Shown one piece after another: positions 48,076 to 59,708 of a stretch of DNA of 64,000 nt. The translations under genes and the position numbers were made by a program. The stretch's first letter is position 1. Every line of letters begins with the position of its first letter. Below the pieces are notes generated by a model. That model saw nothing but the letters and a program-made list of their open reading frames with translations. It had not been told where the DNA came from and ran no database searches. The stretch comes from an uncultured Candidatus Saccharibacteria bacterium (GTDB taxonomy: Bacteria > Patescibacteriota > WWE3 > UBA101185 > UBA10185), in NCBI GenBank assembly GCA_964385105.1, contig CAYLMU010000001.1, positions 66,252-130,251 of the forward strand. Reading direction: 5' to 3'.

Positions 48076-49493
48076 CGCCTCATATATATTTCATAATCGC
48101 CAAAGTCTTCTTGTGCTTCTATTTTAACAAACTCTTCCGTCATAACATTTGGGTCTGCCGAAACATAAAAGGCGTTTTGTGGACTATTCGGTAATACAGG
48201 CTCATCAATTAATGGCCACCAAACAAAAGTTTCCATAGGATTTTGAGGATCTTGGAGTTTTACATTTTTGTTATGAATTCCAAAATAATGCTTAGCTACA
48301 ACATAATCTAAAGGTGATACAAACACTATTTCAGAAGGTTCGCTTCCAAACTCTTTTGCTAGTGATTTCATTCCGGTGTAATAAGGATGGGGTACCAGAT
48401 TTAATATTAAAACCACATACAGACCTATAATTATAGCCGATATTTCAAAACTAAAGAGTTTTTTTAATAGCATCCCAGCTGTTAACATGAAAAATATTGC
48501 CGCCGGAAATAAATACCGTTCTACATACAAACTTTCGCCCTTGAATAACCCATAAAATATTAGCAACCCTTGAGGCACTAAAAATGAAATGACAAGATAT
48601 ACCAGTTTTATAAAGGTTTCACGGTCGGACTTATATGTATTGTATGCAGTGTAAATTAAACCAATGCCAAAGGCTACAACTAGAATACCGCCCCACACAT
48701 ACTCATTAAAAATAAAATCTATATCATTAAGTGCATCTGCTCCGGGAAGCCTGACTTTAATTCCGAAAAGATAGGCAATTAAGCTTCTGGGAATATTTAT
48801 AATACTACTTGGACGCATCCAGCCGCTATTAAGGCCTACTTCAGATTGTTGTACCATTTCTTTTAACTGGTAAACAATTAAAACAATGAGTGGAATAAAC
48901 CATACAAAATCCCTTTTTACTTTCTTTAAGTTATTTTTATTAATAAGTGTATAAACAAGTAAAAAAGCCCCGATAAAGCCAATTGACATATAATGTGTAA
49001 AAAGCATTACAACCATTCCCAGCACAAACGCGATTGTTTTATGTTTAATCAAAAAATAAAAGGTAAGAATGGTAACAAATCCAAATAGACTGTAGGCTCT
49101 GGCTTCAATGGAATATCCGGTAAAAAACGGGCTTATAGCTATTAAAATAGCAGAAAGTAGCCCACTTTCTTTGTTAAACAAGGTTTTGCCCACCAAGTAA
49201 GCTACATAAATAGTGCCTATGCCGGTAAGAGTGGGAAGTAATCTTAAGGCAAAGTCGTCACTTCCAAAGAGCATTGTCCAGACTCGTGAAAGATAATAAT
49301 ATAACGGCGGAGTTGCATCTTTAGCTACAACCTCAACAAATTCATTAAAAGGCAATTTCATTAGTACTCCGGTAAAAGCCTCGTCAAACCACAAATCGTC
49401 TCTAGCAATATCTTTTAATCTAAATCCGACTCCCACTGCAAGAATAATCAAAATATCAGCCTCTTTTTTTATAAGCGTTATAAGCTTTTGCAT
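48072..49493 (-). CDS. GT-C glycosyltransferase, family 39 / ArnT / PMT-like (polyprenyl-phosphate-sugar dependent).
   Basis: N-terminal DE motif region (LWFDEAF) and a ~12-TM topology typical of ArnT/PMT_2. Confidence 0.6.
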   Translation of the reverse strand: MQKLITLIKKEADILIILAVGVGFRLKDIARDDLWFDEAFTGVLMKLPFNEFVEVVAKDATPPLYYYLSRVWTMLFGSDDFALRLLPTLTGIGTIYVAYLVGKTLFNKESGLLSAILIAISPFFTGYSIEARAYSLFGFVTILTFYFLIKHKTIAFVLGMVVMLFTHYMSIGFIGAFLLVYTLINKNNLKKVKRDFVWFIPLIVLIVYQLKEMVQQSEVGLNSGWMRPSSIINIPRSLIAYLFGIKVRLPGADALNDIDFIFNEYVWGGILVVAFGIGLIYTAYNTYKSDRETFIKLVYLVISFLVPQGLLIFYGLFKGESLYVERYLFPAAIFFMLTAGMLLKKLFSFEISAIIIGLYVVLILNLVPHPYYTGMKSLAKEFGSEPSEIVFVSPLDYVVAKHYFGIHNKNVKLQDPQNPMETFVWWPLIDEPVLPNSPQNAFYVSADPNVMTEEFVKIEAQEDFGDYEIYMRR

Positions 49494-49625
49494 AATAATA
49501 GTTTATCAGATATACTGTGCCCTGTTATGCCAAAAACAATGCAGAAGCGTTTTGCTACAAAGCGCAGGACAAAAAGGGGAAACCTTAAGAAAAGAAAAAG
49601 AGTAACTACATAATGTGTGGTGCTT

Positions 49626-50336
49626 TTAGTTACCTCCAAACCTTCTATTTCTATTTTTATACTCTTCAATAGCTTGTTCAAGTTCATTAGGCCCGAAGTC
49701 GGGAAAATAAATTTCAGGGAAATAATATTCTGCGTATGTGCTTTGCCAAGGCATAAATCCGCTTAATCTTTGCTCACCCGATGTTCTAATTATAAAGTCC
49801 GGGTCGGGGATACCCGCTGTGTCTAAATTGTTTGTTATATTTTCTTCAGTGATTTCAAGGTTTTGTTCTTTGAGCTTTTGCATCATTCTTATAAGTTCAT
49901 TTTGACCGCCATAGTCCAGACCGATTATTGTTGTGAATTCAGTGAAATCTTTAGTATCTTCTTCCATAGTTCTTAAAATTTCAAGAATATCTTCGGGAAG
50001 TCGGTCTTTACGCCCGATGTGCAAAAACCTATAACCTTTCTTTAATGCATAATCATGTTGTTTTTTAAAAAAATCTTTTAGTAAACCAAACAAAAAATTG
50101 TTTTCTTCAGCCGGTCTACTTAACCAGTTTTCTGTAGAAAGTGCCCAACCTGTGAGGTATTTAATACCCATCTCGTGAGCCTTTTCAATTAAAGACTCAG
50201 TGTTTTCCACACCACGCTTATGCCCCATTGAAGCGGGTAAGTTTTTTGATTTTGCCCATCTCCTATTGCCGTCAGGAATTATGCAAATATGAGTGGGAAC
50301 AGTTGTTGTATTATTTTCGATGGGTTTAGAAGGCAT
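49626..50336 (-). CDS. uppS: Undecaprenyl-diphosphate synthase (cis-prenyltransferase).
   Basis: HICIIPDGNRRWA ... conserved UPPS motifs. Confidence 0.9.
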   Translation of the reverse strand: MPSKPIENNTTTVPTHICIIPDGNRRWAKSKNLPASMGHKRGVENTESLIEKAHEMGIKYLTGWALSTENWLSRPAEENNFLFGLLKDFFKKQHDYALKKGYRFLHIGRKDRLPEDILEILRTMEEDTKDFTEFTTIIGLDYGGQNELIRMMQKLKEQNLEITEENITNNLDTAGIPDPDFIIRTSGEQRLSGFMPWQSTYAEYYFPEIYFPDFGPNELEQAIEEYKNRNRRFGGN

Positions 50337-50384
50337 ACTTTAGCTTGACCATTATACCAAATTTAACTTTAATAATGCTATTAT

Positions 50385-51503
50385 ATGCTTTATATGTCAT
50401 TGTTGTCATCCGTAAGTGCAAAAAAAGCTAAAACTACTCTTAAAGAGTTTCAAGTCAAATTACAACCTGTAATAGATAGATACTTTGATGAGCATATAAG
50501 TAGTTTTACTTCAAATTATGGCAGTCATTCCGTAGACGCGGTCCATATTTTAAAAGAATTTATGACGCGTGGCGCCAAAAGGTTGAGGGGTTCATTTGTT
50601 TATCACACATACAAAATGTGTGACGGAGAAGACGAAGCATCTGTATTGCAAGTTGCATTGGCAGTAGAGCTTATTCATGCTTATTTGCTGATTGAAGATG
50701 ATTTTATGGACTTGTCACAATTACGCAGAGGAGACTTAACCGCTCACGAAATTTTCACTAAACAATACATAGACCAAAAATTTAACCGCCAGGATGCTAA
50801 GCACTTTGGAGATTCTATTGCAGTAACAACCGGCCTGGTGGGTTCGCATATGGCAATGCAGATTATTCTTGAATTAAATGTTTCTGATTCATTAAAAGTG
50901 AAATTACTAAATAATTTAAACAAAAAAATTGAGATAACAGGTTATGGCCAAATTGCCGATGTTTATAATTCCGTAAAAGCTGGGGTAAGCGAAGAAGAAG
51001 TACTTAACATGCTTAATTGGAAGACAGGAGTTTATACATACGAAAATCCTTTGCATTTGGGAGCAATTTTGGCAGGCGCTTCAGATGCTGAGCTTGAACA
51101 CTTAACCAGGTTTGCGATTCCTGCAGGTATAGCCTTTCAAATACAAGATGATATTTTAGGAATCTTTGGTGATGTTAACGAAATGGGTAAATCTAACATG
51201 GACGACATTAAAGAAGGTAAATATACTTTATTAATTCATAAAGCATTAGAAAGGGGCAATAGTGAAGAAAAAGAATTTATTTTAAATGTTCTTGGAAAAA
51301 GAGATTTGACAATTGAAGAACACGCTAAAGTACAGCAAATTATAGTTAATACAGGCTCACTCGAGTATACAAGAAATCTGGCCAAAAAATATGTTTATGA
51401 GGCGAAAGAGGCGCTGTTAAGAAACAAAAATGAAAAATGGATTGATGAGAATTTTAATTATCTTATTGGGATAGCCGATTACATGATAGAGCGTTCGGTT
51501 TAA
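50385..51503 (+). CDS. trans-Polyprenyl diphosphate synthase (IspA / GGPPS family).
   Basis: First DDxxD motif (LLIEDDFMD) and second motif (FQIQDDILG). Confidence 0.8.
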   Translation: MLYMSLLSSVSAKKAKTTLKEFQVKLQPVIDRYFDEHISSFTSNYGSHSVDAVHILKEFMTRGAKRLRGSFVYHTYKMCDGEDEASVLQVALAVELIHAYLLIEDDFMDLSQLRRGDLTAHEIFTKQYIDQKFNRQDAKHFGDSIAVTTGLVGSHMAMQIILELNVSDSLKVKLLNNLNKKIEITGYGQIADVYNSVKAGVSEEEVLNMLNWKTGVYTYENPLHLGAILAGASDAELEHLTRFAIPAGIAFQIQDDILGIFGDVNEMGKSNMDDIKEGKYTLLIHKALERGNSEEKEFILNVLGKRDLTIEEHAKVQQIIVNTGSLEYTRNLAKKYVYEAKEALLRNKNEKWIDENFNYLIGIADYMIERSV

Positions 51504-51506
51504 AAC

Positions 51507-52136
51507 ATGGATTACCAAGAATTTATTGAAATTATTAAAAAATATAAGCAAAATATAGTTCTTGCCGGTTTATTGGGCGGGTTGCTTGGAGGTATTAGTT
51601 TTTTTGTACTTCCACCTAGATACAATGCAGTAGGTTCTTTATTTGTAACCCGATCAGTTGAAAGCATTGGAAGTGCAGATGACGGAAATGTATTTTTATA
51701 TGAAGGTTTTTATGCATCACAAAATTCACAAGCTTATACAACGAGCCTAATTGGAATTCTTCAAAGCCGGGATTTGCATAGCTTGGTACTAAAGGATCTT
51801 AATTTAGAAATCACAAACAAAAACCTGAGTACAATAAAAAGGTCAATAAGAGTTTCAAAACAGGCACCACAAGTAATAAGACTGCAAACTAAGGGTAATA
51901 CGCCGGTTTCAGCTGAAGGCCTATGGAATTCTTTAACCGGACATCTTGAGGACTTTAACGAAAAAGTAGGACGGGAAGGAGATCCCAATTTAAGCATTAT
52001 TCGGGTGGCCGAAAACCCGATTATTTCAGAAAGTTACAGAAATATTTATTTAAATTTTGCAATTGGTGCCGGTATAGGAGTACTATTTTTAACGTTTTGG
52101 TATGTTCTTAAGCATATACTCAGTATTAAAAAATAA
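51507..52136 (+). CDS. Wzz/PCP-like chain-length-determinant-type protein (TM-domain-TM).
   Basis: N-terminal TM plus LPPRYNA, a Wzz-like motif; C-terminal TM. Confidence 0.4.
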   Translation: MDYQEFIEIIKKYKQNIVLAGLLGGLLGGISFFVLPPRYNAVGSLFVTRSVESIGSADDGNVFLYEGFYASQNSQAYTTSLIGILQSRDLHSLVLKDLNLEITNKNLSTIKRSIRVSKQAPQVIRLQTKGNTPVSAEGLWNSLTGHLEDFNEKVGREGDPNLSIIRVAENPIISESYRNIYLNFAIGAGIGVLFLTFWYVLKHILSIKK

Positions 52137-53559
52137 ACTTAGTTTATATTTGTTCTTGTTAGGTGTTTTTGTGTTGTTTGCACCACCTGTAGATCACGAT
52201 TTTGGATGGCACTTTAAATACGGAGAATACTTTTTAACGCAAGGCCACTTATTACGGGAAAACATATTTTCATATACACTGCCTGATTATGAGTGGGCCA
52301 ATTCTTATTGGCTTTCACAAATAATTATGGCTTTTCCTGTAGTGCTGTTTGGAGATGAATGGGGAACTGCTATTTTGAGTTTGGTATTCAGCATTACAGC
52401 ATCCTTATTTTATGTTTACTTAATAGACAAAACTGTTTCTAACAAGCCGGGTAAAGTAATAGGTCTGATTCTGACTTTTATATCCATTAGAATGTTCATT
52501 CTCACTGTTAGGCCATTATTTTTTAGTACTCTTTTGTTTTCATTGCTCATTTATATATTAACTTTTCAAAAAAAACATATTATGTATATTCCCGTTATAT
52601 TTATACTCTGGGTAAATCTACATGCTGACTGGATGCTTGGACTTTTTGTTCTGGCAGCTTATGCTTTTTATAATTTACTTGAAACTAAGCGTTTAGACTT
52701 TAAGATTATTTTAATCGGAATTTTTAGTGGCTTAGCTACGTTTATAAATGCATACGGCTGGAATTTGCACAAAACCTTACAAAACGAAAGAAGTGCATTG
52801 TCTTTTACCACGATTGCCGAATTTTTACCCGCCGATTTTGATACGTGGAACTTTAGTTTATATGTATGTATGATTGCTATAACTTTTATTTCAGCTCACA
52901 GGCTAATAAAAAGATTAGGCATTTGGTATTTTTTTGTCACGGTGTTTTTTATTGCCTTGTCTATACGATTTACTTATTTTTATCGTCATATGATGCTGAT
53001 GGGAGTTTTTCCAATATCATTATATTTTGGTGAATTTGCGGAGGATTTGTGGAAATTATTTAGACCACCTGAACAACTTAAAATTCTAAAAACACTCAAG
53101 CTGGTAGGTGGAGCTTTATTATTATTTTCGTTTATATTTTTTGCAAAAGAGCTTTATCTAACATTAGACAGTCGAAGATGGGCAGTAAAACACAAGTTCC
53201 CACACGACGCGGTTATGTATGTAAAACAAAATCCGCTCGAGGGAAAAATGTTTAATGATTACAATATAGGAGGATATTTAATATGGAAGCTACCGGAGTA
53301 CAAAACTTACATTGATGGAAGGATGCCGGCCTGGAGCCACAATGGCACGTTTCCCTATGGGGAATATAGTAATTTGTTTAAAGGTATAAAATCTGAAGTA
53401 ATAGAAGTTGATATGCTTTTGGGTTTTTTTGATGAGAAAGGTATAGCATGGGCTCTTATGTCACAAGAACGTACAGCTGTCACTGAAATGATGGTTAAAT
53501 CAGGTAAATGGGAAATAGTATACAAAGATGAAATTTCTGTAATTATCAAAAAACTTTAA
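52102..53559 (+). CDS. Polytopic membrane protein, a putative glycan polymerase / GT-C-like.
   Basis: About 12 TM helices plus a C-terminal soluble domain; the functional call is tentative. Confidence 0.4.
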   Translation: MFLSIYSVLKNKLSLYLFLLGVFVLFAPPVDHDFGWHFKYGEYFLTQGHLLRENIFSYTLPDYEWANSYWLSQIIMAFPVVLFGDEWGTAILSLVFSITASLFYVYLIDKTVSNKPGKVIGLILTFISIRMFILTVRPLFFSTLLFSLLIYILTFQKKHIMYIPVIFILWVNLHADWMLGLFVLAAYAFYNLLETKRLDFKIILIGIFSGLATFINAYGWNLHKTLQNERSALSFTTIAEFLPADFDTWNFSLYVCMIAITFISAHRLIKRLGIWYFFVTVFFIALSIRFTYFYRHMMLMGVFPISLYFGEFAEDLWKLFRPPEQLKILKTLKLVGGALLLFSFIFFAKELYLTLDSRRWAVKHKFPHDAVMYVKQNPLEGKMFNDYNIGGYLIWKLPEYKTYIDGRMPAWSHNGTFPYGEYSNLFKGIKSEVIEVDMLLGFFDEKGIAWALMSQERTAVTEMMVKSGKWEIVYKDEISVIIKKL

Positions 53560-53648
53560 AAAAGTTTTGAATTAGGCTAAATTCGCTTAAATAGTTTTGC
53601 ATACCCGAAGTTTTTATACTCACTTTTATCGATCTTTCGTGTGGACAT

Positions 53649-54959
53649 GTGCAGGAGATTGTGGTTTCACCATTTTTAGGGCATGGAAGTATTTTATCAA
53701 CTGCTGTTATAATTGGTTCAATGGACTTACATTTTAAGGATACTGCTCAAGTTCCAGACAAAGATTTTAAAATCTATAGTGGCATTTTAGCTGATTATGC
53801 TAAGCATTTAAAAAAAACATCAGAATTTTCTGAATATGTTTTTGACGAAAGTTCAATTAATTTACCTTTTGATGAAGACATCCTTAAGCTTGTTTTAAAT
53901 ACTAAACGTAAATATACAAACAAAAAACTCAAATATATTATTGATATAGGTATAGGGGGCTCAAATTTAGGTACCAAAGCAGTTTACGATGCTGTTTTTG
54001 GTTATTACGACATAGTAACACCCGGCAGACACCCGAAAATGCTTTTTGTTGATACAAATGATTCCAGGTACATAAAACAAATAAGCCGGTTTTTGACCAG
54101 CATTAAGTCAAAAGATGAGGTTTTGTTGAATATCGTAAGTAAATCAGGAACGACGCTTGAAACAATTGTAAACATGCAAGAAATTTTACGCAAAGCGCCC
54201 GCCCTAAAAGAAAGAACAATTATAACAACAGCATATGAATCTGATTTATGGCTCAATGCCAGAAAAGAAAATATAACTTGTCTTCCCATACCGCAAAAAG
54301 TAGGGGGGAGGTATTCGGTATTTTCACCTGTAGGTTTGTTTCCTTTAGCTTGTGCCGGGGTTAATATTATTGAGTTGTTAAAAGGTGCCATGAGCGTTGT
54401 TGGTGAAAATGTGTCGGTTTCAACAACAAAAAACATTGCCATGCAGTCTGCAGTGGTACAATACACAAACTATAAAAAAGGTCGCAGCACGCATGTTAAT
54501 TTCTTTTTTCATCCTGAGCTTGAGTCACTTGGTAAATGGTATAGTCAACTTCTTGCCGAAAGCATCGGAAAAGAAGGTGTGGGAATAACCCCGCTTGTAG
54601 CTTTGGGTTCAACAGATTTGCATTCTCTTGGACAATTGTTTATTGGAGGTCCGCGTGATAAATTTTTTACCTTTGTGTATTCAAAAGACAAAAGTGAAAA
54701 TATTGGTGTATTGCATGATTTTCCTTCGCCTGAACAAGCCTTAAGTGCAATACTTCAAGGAGTGAAGCAAGTATACAAAAAAGAAGAACTTCCGTTTATG
54801 GAAATAACTTTAGATGCGGTAAACGAACATGCGCTTGGAGCTTTTATGCAATATAAAATGATTGAAGTTATGTTTTTAGGTAAACTTTTTGGCGTAAATG
54901 CTTTTAATCAGCCTGACGTTGAGTTATACAAAAAAGAAACTAAAAAGATATTAATGTAA
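53649..54959 (+). CDS. pgi: Glucose-6-phosphate isomerase.
   Basis: DIGIGGSNLG and GGRYSVFSPVGLFPLA motifs. Confidence 0.85.
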   Translation: MQEIVVSPFLGHGSILSTAVIIGSMDLHFKDTAQVPDKDFKIYSGILADYAKHLKKTSEFSEYVFDESSINLPFDEDILKLVLNTKRKYTNKKLKYIIDIGIGGSNLGTKAVYDAVFGYYDIVTPGRHPKMLFVDTNDSRYIKQISRFLTSIKSKDEVLLNIVSKSGTTLETIVNMQEILRKAPALKERTIITTAYESDLWLNARKENITCLPIPQKVGGRYSVFSPVGLFPLACAGVNIIELLKGAMSVVGENVSVSTTKNIAMQSAVVQYTNYKKGRSTHVNFFFHPELESLGKWYSQLLAESIGKEGVGITPLVALGSTDLHSLGQLFIGGPRDKFFTFVYSKDKSENIGVLHDFPSPEQALSAILQGVKQVYKKEELPFMEITLDAVNEHALGAFMQYKMIEVMFLGKLFGVNAFNQPDVELYKKETKKILM

Positions 54960-54968
54960 AATCTAAAT

Positions 54969-56567
54969 GTGTACTTACTTATTACTACTTTATTAAAAAA
55001 GCACAAAATTCTTTTGTACTCACTAAGTTTAACCACTTTTTTAGGACTAATCTTGCGGTTATATCACATAAATTTTGGGCTCCCTCATAGCTTTCATGCC
55101 GATGAACCGGAATTTGCCGAATTGGCAATAAAATATACTTATAACCTTAAAAGCATAATGCGTACCAAAAGTTACTACGAGTTAATTCCTGTTTCTTATG
55201 TTTATGGAACTGTACCTACTTATATACTTACGGTTGTTACTATGGTTTTCAGCAAATCAGCAAATCTGTTAGGGATAGGATTTGATAAAACTATTTTATA
55301 TGTAGCTATGCGGGTTTTTCAAGCAATATTTACCATGCTTATACCAATTGCCACCACGGGAATTTATTTTTTGTTATTTTCTCATGAGAGAAGTTCAACT
55401 TCTCAAAAGAAGCTAGGGCTGCTATTCGCATTCTTTTTTGCTGCTCTAAACTGGAAGCTAATTGTTCTTGCTCATTATATAAATGCAGATATCTTTCTCA
55501 CCGTATTTTTGAGTTTGTCATACTTGTTTTTAATTTATTACTATTTTCAAGGGCCAAATAAAAAAATCACTATAGTATTGGGAGTATTATTAGGAATGGC
55601 TTTTGGCACTAAGGTCACAGCAATTTTGAGCCTACCCCTTTATTTACTCTTATATATCTCAAAAAAAGACTTTTACGGATTAGCAGTGCTTCTTTTTATA
55701 ATATTTGGAACTTTTGTTATAACAAATCCCTTTTCCTGGGCCTTCGCAAACGACTTTGCATTTAGAACAATTACCTTGTCTGTCAAAGAAAATGGTCTTG
55801 TTTTTGATTCTGTAGATTTTGGGTATTTTAAATATATTTACTCACTAAATTATCTTGTTACTCCTGCATTGTTTGTAGGGTTATTGTTGGGAGTTGTACT
55901 CATTTTTAAAAAAGGGTCTGATACAACATTGCATTTTGCAACTGTAGGAATAGTAGCTGCTTATTTATTATTTTATTCACTAAGTACACGACGTGTTGAT
56001 CGATGGTTATTGCCCATTCTTCCTCTTGTGTTTGTTTATGCGTCCTACGGAATTATTAGTTTGCAAAAATATTTGAATAAATATGTTTATTATGTAGCTT
56101 TGGTTGCAGTTGTGGTAATTTATTTATATTTTCCATACTTACTAATATGGCAGTTTAACCGGCATACACCAAAATCTGAAGCATATGTATGGGCACAAAA
56201 TAATTTACCTAAATTAAGCACAAAACTTGTGTTATCAAAAGAGGGGCTTGACCCAATGAATAAGTTAGACAGCGTTAAAGTAATGAATTTTGAGTCCTAT
56301 GAGTCTGAAGGAGCCCAATACTCTTTACCAGAAAACCCGCTTGTATATGATTACGTAATTATTTCTTCACGGCCTTTGAAATATGCCAAAAATGAAGAAA
56401 TTGCAAAAAAATACCCATTTTATCACCAGGCTTGGGTAAATTTTGAGAACACAATTAACAACCCCTCACAATTCATACTAATAAAGGAATTTTCGCTACC
56501 CAAGCCTGATTTAATAGAACTATCTGATGTTTTAATTTATGAGCGTATTACTCAAGATAGTCTCTGA
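54969..56567 (+). CDS. Second GT-C family-39 / ArnT-like glycosyltransferase.
   Basis: HADEPEF ... multi-TM ArnT-like architecture. Confidence 0.55.
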   Translation: MYLLITTLLKKHKILLYSLSLTTFLGLILRLYHINFGLPHSFHADEPEFAELAIKYTYNLKSIMRTKSYYELIPVSYVYGTVPTYILTVVTMVFSKSANLLGIGFDKTILYVAMRVFQAIFTMLIPIATTGIYFLLFSHERSSTSQKKLGLLFAFFFAALNWKLIVLAHYINADIFLTVFLSLSYLFLIYYYFQGPNKKITIVLGVLLGMAFGTKVTAILSLPLYLLLYISKKDFYGLAVLLFIIFGTFVITNPFSWAFANDFAFRTITLSVKENGLVFDSVDFGYFKYIYSLNYLVTPALFVGLLLGVVLIFKKGSDTTLHFATVGIVAAYLLFYSLSTRRVDRWLLPILPLVFVYASYGIISLQKYLNKYVYYVALVAVVVIYLYFPYLLIWQFNRHTPKSEAYVWAQNNLPKLSTKLVLSKEGLDPMNKLDSVKVMNFESYESEGAQYSLPENPLVYDYVIISSRPLKYAKNEEIAKKYPFYHQAWVNFENTINNPSQFILIKEFSLPKPDLIELSDVLIYERITQDSL

Positions 56568-57786
56568 GTCTTTTGCTTCTTGACGGGTGTCTTAATTTTC
56601 GCAAAGCTTTAGCCTCAATTTGCCTAATTCTCTCTCGGGTTACGCCAAACTCTTTGCCTACTTCTTCGAGTGTTCTGGTTCTGCCGTCTCTAAGACCAAA
56701 GCGCAATTCCAACACTTTTTGTTCGCGGGGATTCAATGTACCAAGTACATCACCAATGTGTCCCTTTAACAACTCTGCACTGGCAGATTCAAATGGAGAT
56801 TGAATATTTGTGTCTTCAATAAATTCTTTAAGAGTACTGTCATCTTCACGTCCGACGGTTTTTTCAAGAGATGTGGTGTTTTGCATAATTTTTTTAATTT
56901 CTTTTGCTTTTTCAATATCTATATCCATTCTCTTTGCAACCTCACGTGCTTTTGCCGGACGTTCTTTTTCCTGCTCAATCTCTCTTGCAACTTTTCGGTA
57001 CTTGTTTATTGTTTCAATCATGTGTACCGGAATTCTAATTGTTCTTGCCTGGTCAGCTATAGCCCTTGTTATTGCTTGTCTAATCCACCATGTAGCATAT
57101 GTAGAAAATTTAAAACCTCGTCTCCAGTCAAATTTATCTACAGCTTTCATTAGACCCATGTTACCTTCTTGAATAAGGTCTAAAAACGACAAACCTCTGC
57201 CCATATACCTTTTGGCAATAGAAACAACAAGCCTTAAATTAGATTTGGTTAATCTTTCTTCTGCTGCTTGCATTTCTTTTATTGTGAATTTCTTTGAGTT
57301 TGCCTTTATTTCATCAATATATTTTGTTTCAACACCCATTTCTTCGGCGATTTCTTCAGGCTTTGGTTCTCTTCCCAAATCTTCTTTTAGCGATTTTTTT
57401 ACTCGAGTGTATCTTAAAGCTTCAGCTTTTTGTGCCAAGTCTATTTCTTCGGCTGCAGTTAATAAATCCGACTTGCCGATTTCTTTTAAATACATTCTTA
57501 CAGGGTCTATTGAGCGTGTTTTATCAAGTTGAATTTTTGATAAATCAACCTTTTCTTCAGCAAGTCTTTGTGCTTCTTTTTCAAGCTCCACGTCATACAC
57601 ATCCACACCTGCTTCCAAAAGTTTTTCATACAAAGTATCCAACTCATCAATATTTTCTTCAGCATCAGGAAAAAACTCCATTACTTCGGCTTGAGTTAAA
57701 TACCCTCTTTTTTTACCTTGAGTAATCAGTTTTTGCAGATTTTTCTCTCTAGATGTTTCTTTTTTTGAATTATCTTTTTTTGCCAT
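56548..57786 (-). CDS. rpoD: RNA polymerase sigma-70 factor RpoD.
   Basis: Regions 2-4 conserved ([18 protein letters not shown] ... TLEEVG). Confidence 0.9.
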   Translation of the reverse strand: MAKKDNSKKETSREKNLQKLITQGKKRGYLTQAEVMEFFPDAEENIDELDTLYEKLLEAGVDVYDVELEKEAQRLAEEKVDLSKIQLDKTRSIDPVRMYLKEIGKSDLLTAAEEIDLAQKAEALRYTRVKKSLKEDLGREPKPEEIAEEMGVETKYIDEIKANSKKFTIKEMQAAEERLTKSNLRLVVSIAKRYMGRGLSFLDLIQEGNMGLMKAVDKFDWRRGFKFSTYATWWIRQAITRAIADQARTIRIPVHMIETINKYRKVAREIEQEKERPAKAREVAKRMDIDIEKAKEIKKIMQNTTSLEKTVGREDDSTLKEFIEDTNIQSPFESASAELLKGHIGDVLGTLNPREQKVLELRFGLRDGRTRTLEEVGKEFGVTRERIRQIEAKALRKLRHPSRSKRLRDYLE

Positions 57787-57801
57787 AGTTCCTTTTAAAA
57801 T

Positions 57802-59586
57802 TTATAACTCGTACTGTTTTTTTAATTTAGATAACCGTAGAACTTCTTCGGTTAATTTTTGAATCTCGTCGGAATTATTTATAAGTTCCGCTTTTTTTAA
57901 TCTTTCTTTAATTTCTATAAGTTCTCGACCTACCGTTTCAGATTTCAAGCGTTTGAATGTTTGGTTAACTTCTTTGTCAATAAGCTTAGAATCCTCGTGT
58001 AAATCGCCCAGGTCAGTCATATAAATTTCCCGGGATTTTTCTTGTAAACTTTCATTTAGCTTACTAATAAAGTATTCTATATCAATTTGGCGTTTTCTAC
58101 CAATTACATACTCTTTGAACTCTGAGAATATACCTAAATTTTGTTCATTAGTAAAGTCATTTCTTCCTAGTTTATACAATATGTTTTGAGCTAATTCAAG
58201 TTCACTGTTGAATAATAATGCCAACATGTAATCTTCTGTAGATATTTTTATAGAATTGGCATTTATTTGTACGGTTGCTTTGAATGCTTTCTCTATTTCT
58301 TTGTTTGCCAATTTAGTATGAGATTCCTTAATAATTGTTAAAATCGTCTCTTCAGATATTTCTATTACTTCAGACAATTTTTTAACATAGTGGTCAAGGA
58401 TTACTTTACTTTGGATTTTTGCATATTTTGGTGCCAGCTCTTCAATAAAGCGCTTTTTTCCTATAGCTGTTTTTATATCATGTTTTTGCATTGCCAGTGA
58501 AAAATAAAAATCGTAAATAGGAACTGCATCTTTAACCACTTTTTTTGCTCTAGAAAGATCTGATTTAATCAGCTCATCAAGGTCTTTGAACTTTTCCGGA
58601 AGCATAACAACTTTCATATTAAAATCTTCTTTTTCGGCCAAATCAATCGACCTGTCTATGGCTGCCTGACCTGCCGAATCGGAGTCAAAACAAAATGATA
58701 TGTCTGATGTGAACCTTTTTAAAATTTTAAGTTGATTTTGCGTTAATGCAGTTCCGGATGTAGCAATAGCGTTTTTTATACCTGCCTGATGCGCGCTTAT
58801 TACATCCATTTGACCTTCAACAAATAGTGCTCCTTTTGATTTAATTTCGACTTTAGATTGCTCTAAGCCGTAAATATATGAATTTTTGTGAAATACAAAT
58901 GTTTCTTGCGTGTTTAAATATTTAGGCTCTTGCCCGTAAACCGACCTTCCGGTGAATCCAACCACTTTTTCGTGAGTTGATACGAACGGAAACATTATCC
59001 GCCCTCTAAATTTATCTAAATATCCATCACCTGACCTTTTTTTTATTACAACGCCGGCCATTTCAAGATCCTGTGGTTTATAGCCTTTTTTTGTTAAATA
59101 TTGGTATAGCAAATCCCATTCTTGAGGGGCAAATCCCAACCTAAACTCACCTATTGTTTTTTTTGACAATCCACGTTTTTTTTCCAAATACTCAAGACCC
59201 GGTTTTCCGCTTGAGTGATTTAATAGTAAGTGAGAATAAAATTTTGTAGCAACTTCATTGATTTCAAAAATAAGTGCTTTTTTCTCTGAATTTGGGTCAA
59301 AGGCAGCTTTTTCAAGTTTTATTCCTGCTTTGTCGGCAAGTTGTTCAAGTGCTTTTACAAATTCGATTCCCTCTATTTCTTGAATAAAACTGAATATATC
59401 CCCTGATTTGCCGCAACCGAAACATTTATACATTTGCAACTCGGGCGAAACCATAAATGAAGGCGTGTCTTCAGAATGAAACGGGCAATTAGCCTTGTAA
59501 TTTTTCCCTGCTTTTTTAAGCTCGACATAACTGCCGATTATATCGGTTATATTTAAAGTTTGCTTAATTTGATTAATTTGATCCAT
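57802..59586 (-). CDS. dnaG: DNA primase.
   Basis: Zinc-binding CPFHSEDTPSF...CFGCG and a TOPRIM domain. Confidence 0.9.
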   Translation of the reverse strand: MDQINQIKQTLNITDIIGSYVELKKAGKNYKANCPFHSEDTPSFMVSPELQMYKCFGCGKSGDIFSFIQEIEGIEFVKALEQLADKAGIKLEKAAFDPNSEKKALIFEINEVATKFYSHLLLNHSSGKPGLEYLEKKRGLSKKTIGEFRLGFAPQEWDLLYQYLTKKGYKPQDLEMAGVVIKKRSGDGYLDKFRGRIMFPFVSTHEKVVGFTGRSVYGQEPKYLNTQETFVFHKNSYIYGLEQSKVEIKSKGALFVEGQMDVISAHQAGIKNAIATSGTALTQNQLKILKRFTSDISFCFDSDSAGQAAIDRSIDLAEKEDFNMKVVMLPEKFKDLDELIKSDLSRAKKVVKDAVPIYDFYFSLAMQKHDIKTAIGKKRFIEELAPKYAKIQSKVILDHYVKKLSEVIEISEETILTIIKESHTKLANKEIEKAFKATVQINANSIKISTEDYMLALLFNSELELAQNILYKLGRNDFTNEQNLGIFSEFKEYVIGRKRQIDIEYFISKLNESLQEKSREIYMTDLGDLHEDSKLIDKEVNQTFKRLKSETVGRELIEIKERLKKAELINNSDEIQKLTEEVLRLSKLKKQYEL

Positions 59587-59708
59587 TTAAATCATTATGG
59601 GGTAATTGTGGGTTATTATACAAGATTGTGACAATTTTGCACAAATATAAAACCTATAGTATAATTCCCTGAGAGACATTGACATACAGATATGTATAAA
59701 GGAGAGGT

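Noticed and set aside
49526-49618. 30-codon highly basic plus-strand ORF (MPKTMQKRFATKRRTKRGNLRKEKRVTT) between GT39 and uppS; it looked ribosomal-protein-like.
   Set aside because: No match to L34/L35/L36 signatures (rpmH is already present elsewhere) and no RBS; probably a chance ORF in an A-rich spacer. The 69-aa minus ORF 49478-49687 here is likewise rejected.
56573-57725. Four plus-strand ORFs (76-143 aa) antisense to rpoD.
   Set aside because: rpoD is unambiguous; these are shadow ORFs with Ser/Phe/Leu-rich junk composition.
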